From Histomonas meleagridis 2922-C6/04-290x (lineage: Eukaryota > Protista > Parabasalia), in contig JAANOX010000007.1 in NCBI GenBank assembly GCA_020184695.1, forward strand, positions 1-64,000: 64,000 nt of DNA. The letters run 5' to 3'. Of this stretch, positions 10,021 through 21,748 are shown one piece after another. The notes beneath the pieces are model-generated. The model worked only from the letters and a program-made list of their open reading frames with translations. It made no database searches and was not told where the DNA came from. The position numbers and the translations under genes were made by a program. How positions within the stretch are numbered: the stretch's first letter is position 1; each line of letters begins with the position of its first letter.

Positions 10021-11204
10021 CCTTTTTGATTTAGAATGTATGTAACAAGTTCAATATTTCCTGAAGATGAAGCAAAAACTAAAATATTTTCTGGAAGTTG
10101 ATTATTTTTAAGGAAATATTTTACAAGAAAAATATTTCCGATTTTTGCTGCTTCATTAATGATATTTACATTAATTTTCATTCCTTCATTTTCTAGATAT
10201 GTAAAAATTTCATAATTAAAATATGAAACACATATTACTCCTAATTCTTCTAATTTTTTAAATTTTTCGAGTTTGTTTTCATAAATATATTTAAAGATAT
10301 CATTTCGATGAAACTTAATTGCTGTTTCATATGCATCTTCAACTGATGAATGATTTTGTTCACACAAATGAACAATTTCAATGTTTCCACCTGCAACTGC
10401 ATATTTACCTGTGTTATTTGTTTTTGCACCATTCATAAGTAAATATTTAAAACATTTAACTGAAGAAAAAAATGCTGCATAATCAATTAATGTAACATTC
10501 CAATTGTTAATAAATGAACATCTTTCATAAATTGATTTTGGAATTGTTTGATTAAAATTAAAATTATTTTGTGATGATATTTCTTGAAGTTTTTCAATTT
10601 CGTCATTTCGAATTATTTTAGCAATTTCTTTTGGATTATGTCCCTCTTTAATATATTTCTTATGAAGTGCAAAATCATTCTTCGAAAGTTCTTCACAAGC
10701 AATATTTTCTTGATCAAATGAATATTTATATTTATCAAATTTATCTTGATTAATGTGAGCGAAAAATGGAAATTCGCATTTATTTTGAATGACTTTTGCT
10801 TCAAGTAAATTATAATTAATCATGTAATTAAGAAAGTAAAATGATTCTTGTGTATTTATTCTAAGAAGAAATTGAGAAAATGAGTCTATTATTTTTGAAG
10901 TGATTTTATTATTTTCTTCAAATTTTTCAATTTCTTGTAATAATCTCAAATATATATCGAAATTGTTACTTTTGATCAAAAGGGAATTATATATCATTCG
11001 GCTTATACTTATATTATAAGATATTGAATACTCTTTACAAAATTTGCTGATTATAAAATTCGATGATTGAATAAAATTCTCTGTATTCAAACCAAAGATT
11101 GTATTTTTGAGCATTACAAATGATTCCCATTCATTTTGAGATTGATTTGTTTCACCTCTTTCTCTTTTGTTGTTCATTTTGAATAAATAAACGAATCGAT
11201 ACAA
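8298..11204 (-). CDS. DUF3447-type ankyrin-repeat protein; the 3' part is interrupted by frame-breaking linkers between ankyrin modules
   Basis: The 497-aa ORF has LIDYAAFFSSVKCFKYLL / YAVAGGNIEIVHL motifs typical of trichomonad DUF3447-ankyrin genes. Ankyrin modules xTALxxASxxGHxEIVKLLLEQEGIDxNAKD continue to 8298 in successively shifted frames. Confidence 0.75.
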
Positions 11205-11408
11205 ATATGTAAAGCATGCAAAAAGTCATTTTATCGATTTTTAAGAGTATCTTCTTCAAAATATTCCACATCTAATGTTCATACGTTTCCTATTCTTTGC
11301 TTGTTATTTTTGTTTTTTCACATATTTCAAAATTTTAATGAAACGAAAAGTTCTCATTTTACAAATATACCAACGATTTCAATTTATTCAAAACAATTTA
11401 CAAAACAA

Positions 11409-13337
11409 TTATTTTGTGAATGGGCTCTTCAACTTTTCCTGTTCCACATCTATCCATCTTTCAGGCAACAATTGCACTGACAATGTTTTTCCTCTTTGTG
11501 CCTTTATCACCAATCTTTTGACTTCCTTCAAAGGCTTATCGAATCTTATTTTAATTTTATCTGTTTCGTTCACTTTCAACAACCCTTCTATAGGTGTAAT
11601 ATACAAATCCTTTGGTATTGTATCTTTTCTAATTTTCCATTTGACCCACACCAAAGATTTATTCTTTATTACAATTTCTTGTTGTACTTTATCAGAACTA
11701 TCAATAGAATATTTATCTAATTCAAATATTGGCACATTTAACAAACGCATTTCATCAAATTTCTCTTCGATGATATTCGAAAGTTCTTTTTTCCTTTCGT
11801 CGTTAATGACAGGGATTGTAAACTTATAACATGCTTGAACAGGTCTATGATCACTAAATGTTGATTTCAAACTTCGATAAAAGATACAATGCGGTTCACT
11901 CGGATAATTATTTTTATCATTAAATGACATTGGCGCATAATTATCAGTAATGAAAAGTTTCGTTTCATTCATGAAATGATGCGCAGCATCTGTTTCAAAG
12001 ATTAACTTATCTTCTAATCCGATTTTAATACGTTTCGGTGACGTACGTATTAATATTCGATCAGTCCAAGATGGAACACGATGTTTTGGTGATGTATCAT
12101 AGATATTACTATTTAAGTCATATTTAAATGTTGGATTAAATAATATTTTCGGCTCTTTAAATGCATTAATGATTTTGTCGTTTTGTTGAGTGATATGTAA
12201 TTGATCTTTCTCATATAAATCACTTAAACTTTTACTATTGATCTTATCAATGACTTCTTCATACGTCATGGAAATTCGATAATTTAAATCGCCCATGAAT
12301 ATGATGTAATCGGAATTAGTTTCATATGAAACAATTTCATGCCATTGAGTGTTACGTTGTTCCCAATTTTGATCATGTGGTGCTAAATGACAACAAATTG
12401 CAACTAATGACATCTCGCCAATGTTCATGCGGAAAAAGACTGCAGCTTTGTTGGCTAACATTCCATTCGCGCCAAGTTTTTTGGTTTGTATCGATGATTC
12501 TTTAACTGGAGGATTTAATCCTTTACGCACTAATGCGCAACAATAAACGCCACCCATAGAATCATGTGCTACAACTTCATATGAATCATTACTTGCAATA
12601 TGTTGCGCTTTTAAGATATATTTAGTCCATAACTCAGTGTTATCACTATTTCCTGTGACAACAGACTTAAATGACATGTCGATTTCTTCTAACGCAATAA
12701 TGACAACATCGGATGGCAAAGTGGGCGAATGAAATACTTTGGTCAGATCATCTAAAACACTATCGTTGGCTTCGTTACTTGCAACGTTCCACGTCAGAAA
12801 ATTGAATGTAAGGGGAACTTCATCGATGTAAAATTGAGTGTTTTGCGAAATGACCCGCTTCTCCCAGATGTCACGACATGACGAACTAAATGGGATAGGA
12901 CTATATGCTGTACTATCGCCAAGTGGTTCGGCATTGGGTGGATTGGGAATTTCTGAGGATCCGCGTAACTTTCGTAGATATGAAAGATTTTCAGAAACAA
13001 ATTGATCATCTGTTGTGTTCATAAGAAGTGAGGTTTTGCCAAAATGTGATACCATTTGTTCAACATCTACTAGCTTGCGGAATTTGAATGTTAATGTGAT
13101 GTTTCCATAGCGTGCAAATTGAAGTGTAAATGTTTTGTTGACATATGAAAATGAAGGAATAAGTTCAGATGTAATTGGTATGAAACAAAAAGAATTGGAT
13201 GAGTCTTCAATGTATAAAAATGAAGAAGCAATGGAACAATTTAGTAGATGTACACTAAGACAAACAGGCTTATCGTCATGCGCAAGAGTAGCATCTGCTT
13301 TAAACCATACTTTTGTTGCTTGAACTGCTTGGAGCAT
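11409..13337 (-). CDS. Inositol polyphosphate 5-phosphatase (OCRL/INPP5B-like architecture)
   Basis: FLTWNVA, FMGDLNYRI, PTFKY...RVPSWTDRIL and SDHRPV signature motifs. N-terminal PH-like and C-terminal Ig/ASH-like regions. Confidence 0.92.
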   Translation of the reverse strand: MLQAVQATKVWFKADATLAHDDKPVCLSVHLLNCSIASSFLYIEDSSNSFCFIPITSELIPSFSYVNKTFTLQFARYGNITLTFKFRKLVDVEQMVSHFGKTSLLMNTTDDQFVSENLSYLRKLRGSSEIPNPPNAEPLGDSTAYSPIPFSSSCRDIWEKRVISQNTQFYIDEVPLTFNFLTWNVASNEANDSVLDDLTKVFHSPTLPSDVVIIALEEIDMSFKSVVTGNSDNTELWTKYILKAQHIASNDSYEVVAHDSMGGVYCCALVRKGLNPPVKESSIQTKKLGANGMLANKAAVFFRMNIGEMSLVAICCHLAPHDQNWEQRNTQWHEIVSYETNSDYIIFMGDLNYRISMTYEEVIDKINSKSLSDLYEKDQLHITQQNDKIINAFKEPKILFNPTFKYDLNSNIYDTSPKHRVPSWTDRILIRTSPKRIKIGLEDKLIFETDAAHHFMNETKLFITDNYAPMSFNDKNNYPSEPHCIFYRSLKSTFSDHRPVQACYKFTIPVINDERKKELSNIIEEKFDEMRLLNVPIFELDKYSIDSSDKVQQEIVIKNKSLVWVKWKIRKDTIPKDLYITPIEGLLKVNETDKIKIRFDKPLKEVKRLVIKAQRGKTLSVQLLPERWIDVEQEKLKSPFTK

Positions 13338-14329
13338 CGCTGTAGAAGCAATTAGATTCCTTAGATTGGAAACGTTAGAATTTTAACGTCTGTTCAAAAG
13401 TGCCAATGTTCTAAAAATTCATCTTTGTTTTTATTATAGTCTCAATATTATGCTTTGTATTAAGTTTTACTTTATATACTCAATATTTTTGAATGAAATG
13501 ATATCTCATTTTTATTGATGTTATTATTATTTCATGCTAAATTACGATTTTTCATATTTCTGAATAACCGATTCCCCGTATTCAATATTTGTAATAAGCC
13601 TTAAAAATTATTATTAAAATGCAAAGAGATTTATCATCTATGATTTAAAAAATATCTTAATATTTGATTTGAAAATATGTATCAGTTAAGAAAGCGAATT
13701 TATACCTTAAAAGATGTATCCATATTCAATTTTTCAGCATGAAATATGGAATCCATGGAAGATATTTTTGAGAATATTAATGTTAATTATGAAAGAGCAT
13801 ATTTTTTCTTTTTTACATTTTATCTTAGCACAATCATCTTTTAGATAAAATCAATAAAAAAATTAGACCGAACTTTTTTATTTATCAGAATTGAATTTTT
13901 TTAAAAAAGTTACCATCTCTAAAATCTCTCGCAAGTTATTTATTTTATTATATATTATTCATATGAATTTCGGATGAAAATGTTGAAATTGTTTCATTTT
14001 CTTTTTCTTCATTTCAAGATTACAACTAATTTATTTTTCATTACGAATTAATAATAAAACGAGTAACACAACAAAAGTATAAATTTCATCATATTCCCTC
14101 ATATACAACAATTTGTTTAGAAAGCATAAAAAACACATATTATTTGTGTACTAAATAATGAAAATCTCAAATTAAATGACATATAAATATATTTCGTATC
14201 TTATATTCCTTCAAAGAAATCAATTTAATTAATTAATTCCAAACCAGAGCACAAACTGTATATCCAAATATCAGAAAACATTGTTATGACTTTAACGTTC
14301 ATTACAAAACGCAAACAAAGATATGACAT

Positions 14330-16090
14330 TTATTTGTTACTTACAAATACAACAGGAATCAGGCCCACCCCGGAAATTGACTTTGCCGCATCGTAAAACT
14401 TATGAAAACTTTCGTTGTACTCATTCTGCAGTTTCGGCACTTTTTCCATTACTTCTCCTCCGTAAATTGATTCGATTACTTTGTTTTCGTTTTCTTCGTT
14501 ATCCGTTATAATGAACACCGCTTCGTAATTTTGGCAGAATTTGCAAATTTCAGAAGTTTCTTCTCTCGGGAATATGTACAGTATTATGTCTATTGGCCGC
14601 GCGCCTCTAATGAACACTATGTCCGATATTTTTTGATCGAATGAAATATCGTTTCCGAACATTCGAATGTTATTAATGTTTGTTAAATTTGGTATTAAAC
14701 TATTGACATATCTTTTAGAGTTTTTGATGTCATTAGTTAATAATATATTTGCAGCTTTCTTTAGGCCAATTGTCCATATCGAATTACTTGTTGAAATGTC
14801 ATTACTAACTTTGACAGGATATGTAAATATGCGTACAAGTTCAGTACCTTCATCATTCCGATATAACATCGCAAATTGGAAATATACATATTGATCTTGA
14901 ATTGATTTATCCGGTAATTTTAATATGTACGTGATTCCGCCGTTTTGTGGAAACGCTCCAAATGATGAAGCGCCTGAATTATGGATGACACAATTTCCTA
15001 AATGTTCTGTGACTTCAATTTTATGACTACATCTAAGTTTACCGCAACTCTTCCAATAATATTTTTGTGTAAGAACATTTTCGAGTTCAATATTAAATAT
15101 ATTTAAATTAGCAATAATATGAAATGTTCCAGATGTAAGTCCTGATGAGATCGATGTGATTGAGGATTCATTATTTCGTTCATTACTAGCATTAGTAAAG
15201 ATATGAACAGAAATGTTGTTTAAATTTAACTTGAAACATAAATCACGAAATTCATCCTCATTATCAGGATATGAAAATGTCGGTTGTTGTCTTTGAAGTA
15301 TATCTGTGGGACAACCATCAACAAAAGCACATAGAACACAGCCATTATCGCCAATTAACTCATTAACAAATGTAAAAAGTAATTTAATTTTTGATGCTTT
15401 TGATGTTGGCGGTTGCGGTTGTGAAGTGAATGATTCAAAAATTGAATTGTAAAATGGTCGCGTTTCCCTTAACGGAGGAACGTTAATTGGTGGAATAGGT
15501 AAATTTTCGAGTTCACTAAAAACTATTTTACGTTTCTTGGAGGGATCATATAATGTGATACTTTGGTTATATGTAATTAAATATAGACATGTATCATCAC
15601 TCATTTTTTGAATTATATTTTTAAGTGAATTAACAAAAACTTTTGCATGATCATAATTAGAAGTGTCAATAGCAATCGTGAATATTTTCTTAAATGGTGC
15701 TTCGGTTTTGTTATATTTTGGAAGAATAACATCATAAACTGGATAATGTATTTCTGGTGAATCAGGTGTAAAACCATGAGGTAGTGATGAATCAGTGCCA
15801 CAAAGAGGACACCTCCAAACTTTGGAATTATGGATTTTGCAAAGATAAGATAAATAACCATGGCAAAAATTACATCTTACATGGTAGCGATTTGTATAAT
15901 CGATAACGGGTATGTTAGGAGGACCGTTTGGTGATATAGATATACCAATCGGTATATTTGTTACATTTTTTGAACTTGGAAATGAAGTGGTTGAAATAGA
16001 AAAATATGGTGGAAGTTGTGGCATATCTTGAACTTGTTCTTGGCGCTGTGGTTGATTATCTATATTTTCTGGAAGGAAATATCTCCTCAT
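14330..16090 (-). CDS. Sec24-like COPII coat protein (Sec23/24 family)
   Basis: Zinc finger RCNFCHGYL...WRCPLCG, trunk domain (FTIAIDTS), and beta-sandwich YFQFAMLYRNDEGTELVRIFT. Confidence 0.85.
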   Translation of the reverse strand: MRRYFLPENIDNQPQRQEQVQDMPQLPPYFSISTTSFPSSKNVTNIPIGISISPNGPPNIPVIDYTNRYHVRCNFCHGYLSYLCKIHNSKVWRCPLCGTDSSLPHGFTPDSPEIHYPVYDVILPKYNKTEAPFKKIFTIAIDTSNYDHAKVFVNSLKNIIQKMSDDTCLYLITYNQSITLYDPSKKRKIVFSELENLPIPPINVPPLRETRPFYNSIFESFTSQPQPPTSKASKIKLLFTFVNELIGDNGCVLCAFVDGCPTDILQRQQPTFSYPDNEDEFRDLCFKLNLNNISVHIFTNASNERNNESSITSISSGLTSGTFHIIANLNIFNIELENVLTQKYYWKSCGKLRCSHKIEVTEHLGNCVIHNSGASSFGAFPQNGGITYILKLPDKSIQDQYVYFQFAMLYRNDEGTELVRIFTYPVKVSNDISTSNSIWTIGLKKAANILLTNDIKNSKRYVNSLIPNLTNINNIRMFGNDISFDQKISDIVFIRGARPIDIILYIFPREETSEICKFCQNYEAVFIITDNEENENKVIESIYGGEVMEKVPKLQNEYNESFHKFYDAAKSISGVGLIPVVFVSNK

Positions 16091-16147
16091 TTTTTAATTA
16101 TTTGGGCGAAATTAAAACAACCGCAATAACGGTGGTTATGACAATAA

Positions 16148-16153
16148 AAGTGA
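16148..16153 (-). promoter_or_regulatory. Putative trichomonad initiator (Inr, TCACTT) for the Sec24-like gene
   Basis: TCACTT about 60 nt upstream of the ATG at 16090, with AACGGT/AACCGC Myb-like motifs between. Confidence 0.45.
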
Positions 16154-16586
16154 CATTGTTTCACAAAAAATGGTATGGAAAAAGTGATAAACACGATCAA
16201 AATCAATTGTAAATCCCAAAAATTTGGGTGCTTTATGTAAACATAAATAAAATGCAAATTTTGGAATATTTACCTGGAAAATTTTATTCATAATTAAACA
16301 ATTATTACAAAGACAAATAAGATAAAATAAATTAAAAATAAATATGGTAAAATGTAAAATTATTTCAAAATAAACTTTCTAGATCCAAATAATGCCTAAC
16401 GGCAAACTATTTTAGAATGTAACAAATTTATTTTTGTGAATTTCATGGTGTTGCGCAAGAAAATTAAATGTATCTTAAAAAATGATTTTCTTTTTCAAAA
16501 AATCTATAATGGTATAAATCAAAAACATTTCGTGTATTCGAATAATAAAACAATATTTTTTATTTCTATTTGAAAACAAATAAAAA

Positions 16587-17384
16587 TTATATTGGCATTA
16601 TGTGGCTTGGAATTAAGGCCACGTCCATCGCATCCATTATTTCTTTTTCATGTTCTTTTGGTACTGGTATTTCTCCTTTCATCACATTTACGAGGTACCT
16701 TGATGTGAACAGGTCTGACGTCTGATAGCGCGGAAGATCGTTTGCAGATTTCCAAGAATCTCCGGGATCATATTGGAATGGTCGCACAAAATCAGCAGTT
16801 ACAACAGCCTCTTCATATATGGAAACAGTTGGAAACCAAAACTCTGTTGGATTTATAGAATCAAAGATGACTCCTTTGTCTTCACCATTAATAAATAATT
16901 TGAATGCAAAAGAATCATTATCAGGAAATAGACCAATTCCAATGACATCTCCAGGTGAAAATGGAGGAGAAGGGTATTCCTTTCCACAGTGAAATGCACC
17001 TCCTTTATCACGAACACAATAGCCATATTCATCATATCCTACGGAACTTTCAATTTCGGCACTAAGTGTTGAAATTCCAAATCTAACATGGCTATTATCA
17101 TTAGTACGTTCGAAAGTCAATTCAAAGTAATAATTATTACCATCAAAAGGAATAAAACGAGTGGTACGACATATCCTATATCCACCGGAAAGTGTTATTT
17201 TGTCTTTTGATATGAAGTGGAAAGAACGAGATGATTTTAATTTAGAAAACTTCATTTGATGATTAAGTTCTGGATCACTAACATAAGGAATTAATTGAAG
17301 AGCCGCGCGACGATGCACACCTAGATCTTCGAAATGTAGATTTTGCATATAAAGTTTTTCTGGTGGTTCGTCGCTTTGTTCCAT
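16587..17384 (-). CDS. ASH2: SPRY-domain protein, Ash2/Bre2 (COMPASS)-like
   Basis: GYRICRTT..YYFEL..HVRFGIS..ESSVGYDEYGYCVRDKGG..FSPGDVIGIG matches the ASH2L SPRY pattern as recalled (GYSMVRA..WYFE..RLGWS..APLGYDKFSYS..GDVLG). Confidence 0.75.
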   Translation of the reverse strand: MEQSDEPPEKLYMQNLHFEDLGVHRRAALQLIPYVSDPELNHQMKFSKLKSSRSFHFISKDKITLSGGYRICRTTRFIPFDGNNYYFELTFERTNDNSHVRFGISTLSAEIESSVGYDEYGYCVRDKGGAFHCGKEYPSPPFSPGDVIGIGLFPDNDSFAFKLFINGEDKGVIFDSINPTEFWFPTVSIYEEAVVTADFVRPFQYDPGDSWKSANDLPRYQTSDLFTSRYLVNVMKGEIPVPKEHEKEIMDAMDVALIPSHIMPI

Positions 17385-17450
17385 TTTTCGTTTTCTAAAC
17401 GTTCTTTCTCTGAATTTTTGAGAACTTAAACCCCAGAATTTTCAGCAAAC

Positions 17451-19049
17451 ATGTCCGATCCTCTCAAAATGGCCAAAGTACAATTTTCACATGACGAAAT
17501 AAAAAGTTTTTTTAAACCTTGCGAACCACTTGTAGATAAAAAACTATTTGGTCCTGCTTATTCAGATGAATTGCAAACACCAATAGATTTATCAAATTTT
17601 AAACAAAAAATATGTACATTTTATCAAAGACCTATAAAGCAAAGGCCACGATATCCAAATCGGGCAAAAAATTATCAAAATGAAAATCTTGAAAACGAAA
17701 ATTTTATTCCCCAATTTGTTCCTCAAGAAGATTTTCAAGAAGAATCATTTCCACAAATTGTACAAGATGAATACGACTCTCAAGAAGTTCCTGAATATGT
17801 TTTTCCTTCAACGTTACATAATGATCATTTTCAAAATACCCAAGAAAAATCATTTTCTTCAACCACCAACGATGACTATCAATCGCAGGACACTCACGAA
17901 AATTCATTTCCTTCAGCAATTAACAATAATTATCAACCAGTAGAGTTACCCAAAAACTCATTTCCTTCGTCAACTACCAATGACCATCATCCACCAGGAT
18001 TTGAAATTCCACAAAGCATCCAAATCATGGGATATCCACCTGGTTTTTATCCAGAGCCAGTCATCAATTTTTTACCAACTGTTATAGCGCCAATTGAAGC
18101 CCCTCAATTCCAATATCCGCTCATTGGTGTTCCAGTTGCTACAGCGCCATTACAAACCGTAACACAAGCGCCAGTATTTGAGTTTGAGTTTAAACCAGAA
18201 CCGTTAAATGAAGAAGAAACGAAGCAAACAGCCAAAAAAGTTGAAGAAGAAGAAGAAATAGAAGAAGAATATGAAGAAGAGGAAGAAATAGAAGAAGTTC
18301 CACAAAAGATTAAACCCGGTCATAAAACAATACCAACACCAAAGCAAATAGTAAAGACACCAATTCATAATTTTGTTAGTGCAGACAGCAAAAATATATC
18401 ACATAGAACAGGGCCTCCTTCGCCTGACGGATTTGCATCTATTAGTGAGTATAGAGCACTTGTGAATAGCTCACAAAAAAAGAAATCATTTCCCAAAATT
18501 ATTGTTACTGAAGAGAAAAATCATAAAAGTTCAAAGCTAAAAGTTAATAATGATTTATTTCCACAAGTTCTTGAAGAAGAAAATGAAGAACAAAAAGATG
18601 TTAATAATGGACTAACAAAAACTTCATTTGCACAAATGTTCGAAGAAGAAGAAAAACGCGCAAAAGTTAACAAAACGCCAACTGATAGTTACAGCAGTAA
18701 ACACTTAACAAATTCATTTGCACAAATTCTTGAAGCTGAAGAAAAGCGCGCAAAAAATCATCAAACAGAAACAAAAGTTAACACTCAACCAAATAAAAAT
18801 TCATTCGCTCAAATGCTCGAAGCAGAAGAAAAACGCACAAAAGTTAACAAAGCTACGAACAATAATCAGAAGAATACTTCGTTCTCACAAATGCTCGCAG
18901 CTGAAGAAAAGCGCGCAAAAGGAAATAAATCGAAAATGAATTCAACAGATGGAAAACTTAAGTCGCATAATGGACCGCGCAAAAAGGCAAAACCTGTTGT
19001 AATGTCTCTTCAAGAGTTCATACGTGAGCAGAATCAACCAAATAAATAG
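17451..19049 (+). CDS. Hypothetical low-complexity protein (532 aa) with Pro-rich and acidic tracts and a repeated helical motif
   Basis: Long ATG-started ORF, head-to-head with the SPRY gene. Four SF(A/S)Q(M/I)(L/F)xxEEKR(A/T)K repeats. Confidence 0.8.
   Translation: MSDPLKMAKVQFSHDEIKSFFKPCEPLVDKKLFGPAYSDELQTPIDLSNFKQKICTFYQRPIKQRPRYPNRAKNYQNENLENENFIPQFVPQEDFQEESFPQIVQDEYDSQEVPEYVFPSTLHNDHFQNTQEKSFSSTTNDDYQSQDTHENSFPSAINNNYQPVELPKNSFPSSTTNDHHPPGFEIPQSIQIMGYPPGFYPEPVINFLPTVIAPIEAPQFQYPLIGVPVATAPLQTVTQAPVFEFEFKPEPLNEEETKQTAKKVEEEEEIEEEYEEEEEIEEVPQKIKPGHKTIPTPKQIVKTPIHNFVSADSKNISHRTGPPSPDGFASISEYRALVNSSQKKKSFPKIIVTEEKNHKSSKLKVNNDLFPQVLEEENEEQKDVNNGLTKTSFAQMFEEEEKRAKVNKTPTDSYSSKHLTNSFAQILEAEEKRAKNHQTETKVNTQPNKNSFAQMLEAEEKRTKVNKATNNNQKNTSFSQMLAAEEKRAKGNKSKMNSTDGKLKSHNGPRKKAKPVVMSLQEFIREQNQPNK
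18621..18920 (+). repeat. Intragenic repeat, four copies of SF(A/S)Q(M/I)(L/F)xxEEKR(A/T)K spaced 26-30 codons apart
   Basis: Copies start near 18621, 18711, 18799 and 18875. Confidence 0.85.
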
Positions 19050-19648
19050 TGTTCATTTCATAATTAGTAAAATTTATAGAAGAGTGATTCAGTTGTAATT
19101 TTGTAATGATTTTGAAAATTCTTCTCATTCAATTAAAATATCGAAAAAAGATTTTTGGGTTTTATTAGTTGAAGAAATAATTAAAATTTTTACTTGAGGC
19201 TTCAGAACCATATATAAAGTTTTAATCAAGAGCTAATTAATATTTATTTTATGTAATATCAAATATTATCTAAACAGCAAAAACAAGCAAAAAGATGAAC
19301 CAAAGATACAAAAGAAGATTGAAAAAAAAGAATCTTCAATAGAATCTTATTTTAGTGAACTTTTTTATATTTTATTAAAAATTCATGATCAAAGTTTGAA
19401 TTTAATATATGTTATTATTTTATGAAGATAAATAAACTTTTTTCACCACAATCATGTAAAAGCATGTATACATGTATAAATTGCAGGCATTATTGTGCTT
19501 GATAAAAAATTCATTTTCAAATTAAAGCTTATAGACAAAACTGAAACAATATGATAGGAATCGAGTTGTAAGAAAAAAATGGGGAAAATGAGATATTCAC
19601 GTCAAAATCACGTTTATGAGAGAAACCATTAAAAATGTTTTTTTCCAC

Positions 19649-21308
19649 TTAATGAAGTTTCTTATACATTGAATCAGAGAAAGAGTTCTTCATTCTTTCG
19701 TATAACTCTGACGCCGATGTCTTCAATTTTTCAGGTGCTTCAACAAAACAAATGAACAAAGTGTCAGTCATACCTTCGAATGGGAAGTCGACTATCAAAA
19801 ATATTGAAAATGTAAAGAACAGCGCGAACATGCATGAGGTTGCGAACACCCAATCATATACATCATCCATCGCATATCCGATACCGAAACCTACGGCTAA
19901 ACCTGCTAATGTGAATACGATCAAATGCAACGTCTTACTTAATGAGATTATTGAACCTTCGAATAACACATCAGCGAATTTGTTACAAGACAATTCCATA
20001 AAACGTCTGCAACCTTCTCTAAATGGCACGCCGAACAATGAGCAATATATTAATGCATAACGATTGATCCACTGAAGACAACATTCAATAATGCATAAGA
20101 TACATAACGCAATGAGCCGAAGGATAGCGAGGTATTGGTTGTTGTTGTCATTCAGATTGATAACTGCGCGACATGCTTGAGCAATTGCAAGCCAAAATGC
20201 GGCGCACGCTTCGCTGCCGAATGAAGTGGTCATTGCGCGCTTGAAGGATTCCCATACGGGGGACTCGGGCATGTATTCCGTGTCGTTCAGGAAGTACCAC
20301 GTTCCTGCTACACCAGATGCAGTTGCGTAGATGACGTATGCGAATGTATATGAAATCCAATAGTAAGATAAGACTAAGTAAATATATAACACATTGTTAA
20401 GATACTTGTAATGGATGGAGAAGATCATCATCGAAAAAATGCAAGTGATAATAATGTCGAAAATGACTACAATGAAGATGTATAAGAAGATGGATGGGTT
20501 ACGAAGCAAAATTAGACACGTTTGCTTTAATACGGCAATAGAAAACTCAATGCGGTCACGTGTGCAACATAAACAAATCAATAAAAAAATTATTGCGGGA
20601 TATAAAAACAGAACATAAAAGCAAAAGAGAAATGATGGAACTAGAATGACAACAACTGAAATAACAATACAGATAAAGAAACCAAAACGAATATAAACGC
20701 TTGGAAGGTCATATAAAGAAGATGGGCAATGTTAATGACAACACCAATCGCAATTCCGATGAATAAAACTTTGATCTCATCTATATCAAAGAATGATTCA
20801 AATATTCTGGATATACTTTCAGTAGATCCATATTCGTTCTTGGCGATAAGAATATAATAAAAGTAAGCAAAAGTGGCAACAAGACTCAATTGAGGACGAA
20901 TAATATCACAAAGAATAGATCGTTGCATTTGGTTTCTTTCTTAACATTTTGTGAGTAATTTTGTGGCTCAAAGGCTTGTTGGTTTTCCCAATAACATGAA
21001 TAAGCTGTTTGATCACATGGAATTGTGGCCCATTGCTCAACTTGCATTTCGTGATATTGGATGTGGTTAGGATCATAGTGATAGTTTGCTGTTTGTGGTT
21101 GATAATTGTATGAATTAGGTTGATAATACCCTTGTTGGTATTGTTTTGGATCAATGTATGCTTGTGGCTGATATGAAGGATATGGTGGAACATATTGTGG
21201 AGTGGCTTGCATGCTTGGATGAATATAAGCTTGAGGTGGATAATCCTGAGGTGGGTGCGGTTGCAGGTAAGCATGTTGCTGTTCAAGAGGTATCGATGCT
21301 TTATACAT
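19649..21308 (-). CDS. Choline transporter-like (CTL/SLC44/Pns1) protein, split by two single-base frameshifts
   Basis: Three ORF pieces join into one gene: a PY-rich N-terminus with KCNDLFFVILF, TM segments, then RDRIEFSIAVLK..ESFKRAMTTSFGS..NRYALIYCSLFG..DTLFICFVEAP. One extra T at about 20888 (AAT-TTG-AGT) and one extra C at about 20703 (TTC-CCA-AGC) restore the frame. Either a pseudogene or an assembly error. Confidence 0.8.
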
Positions 21309-21329
21309 TTGATCAGACAAATGTTTTTG

Positions 21330-21563
21330 AATACAACTAATTTGAATGGTATTGTTATTATTATAATTATTGTAATAATAGTTATTATTGCAATATTAAT
21401 ATTTCTTGCTATATTTATTATTTATAAACGAAACAAACATAAAAATGAAGAAAATGCAATAATTAATGAAGCGAATGACAATACGATAAAGGATTTTTTG
21501 TTCATATTCAAATATCAAACAATGCCTAATATCCATTTGTATTATAAAAATATATTTTATTAA
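21330..21563 (+). pseudogene. Orphan C-terminal TM anchor and tail of a BspA-type surface protein gene
   Basis: NTTNLNGIVIIIIIVIIVIIAILIFLAIFIIYKRNKHKNEENAIINE resembles the TM-tail of the BspA gene at 57592-59730, but there is no ectodomain upstream. Confidence 0.45.
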
Positions 21564-21748
21564 CTTTTTGATTTTGCTTTTTTAATATTTTAATATGAAA
21601 TTGAGGTTGAATTGAAGTACAATTAGAAATGCGAATGTGATTTATGTTTTTGATGCATTTATAGAAATTGGAAATCATGAATTTCTTTTAAGGAAGAAAG
21701 GTCGTTATTATTGAAGAGAGTATGAAATTGTTTAACCGAAAATAATTT

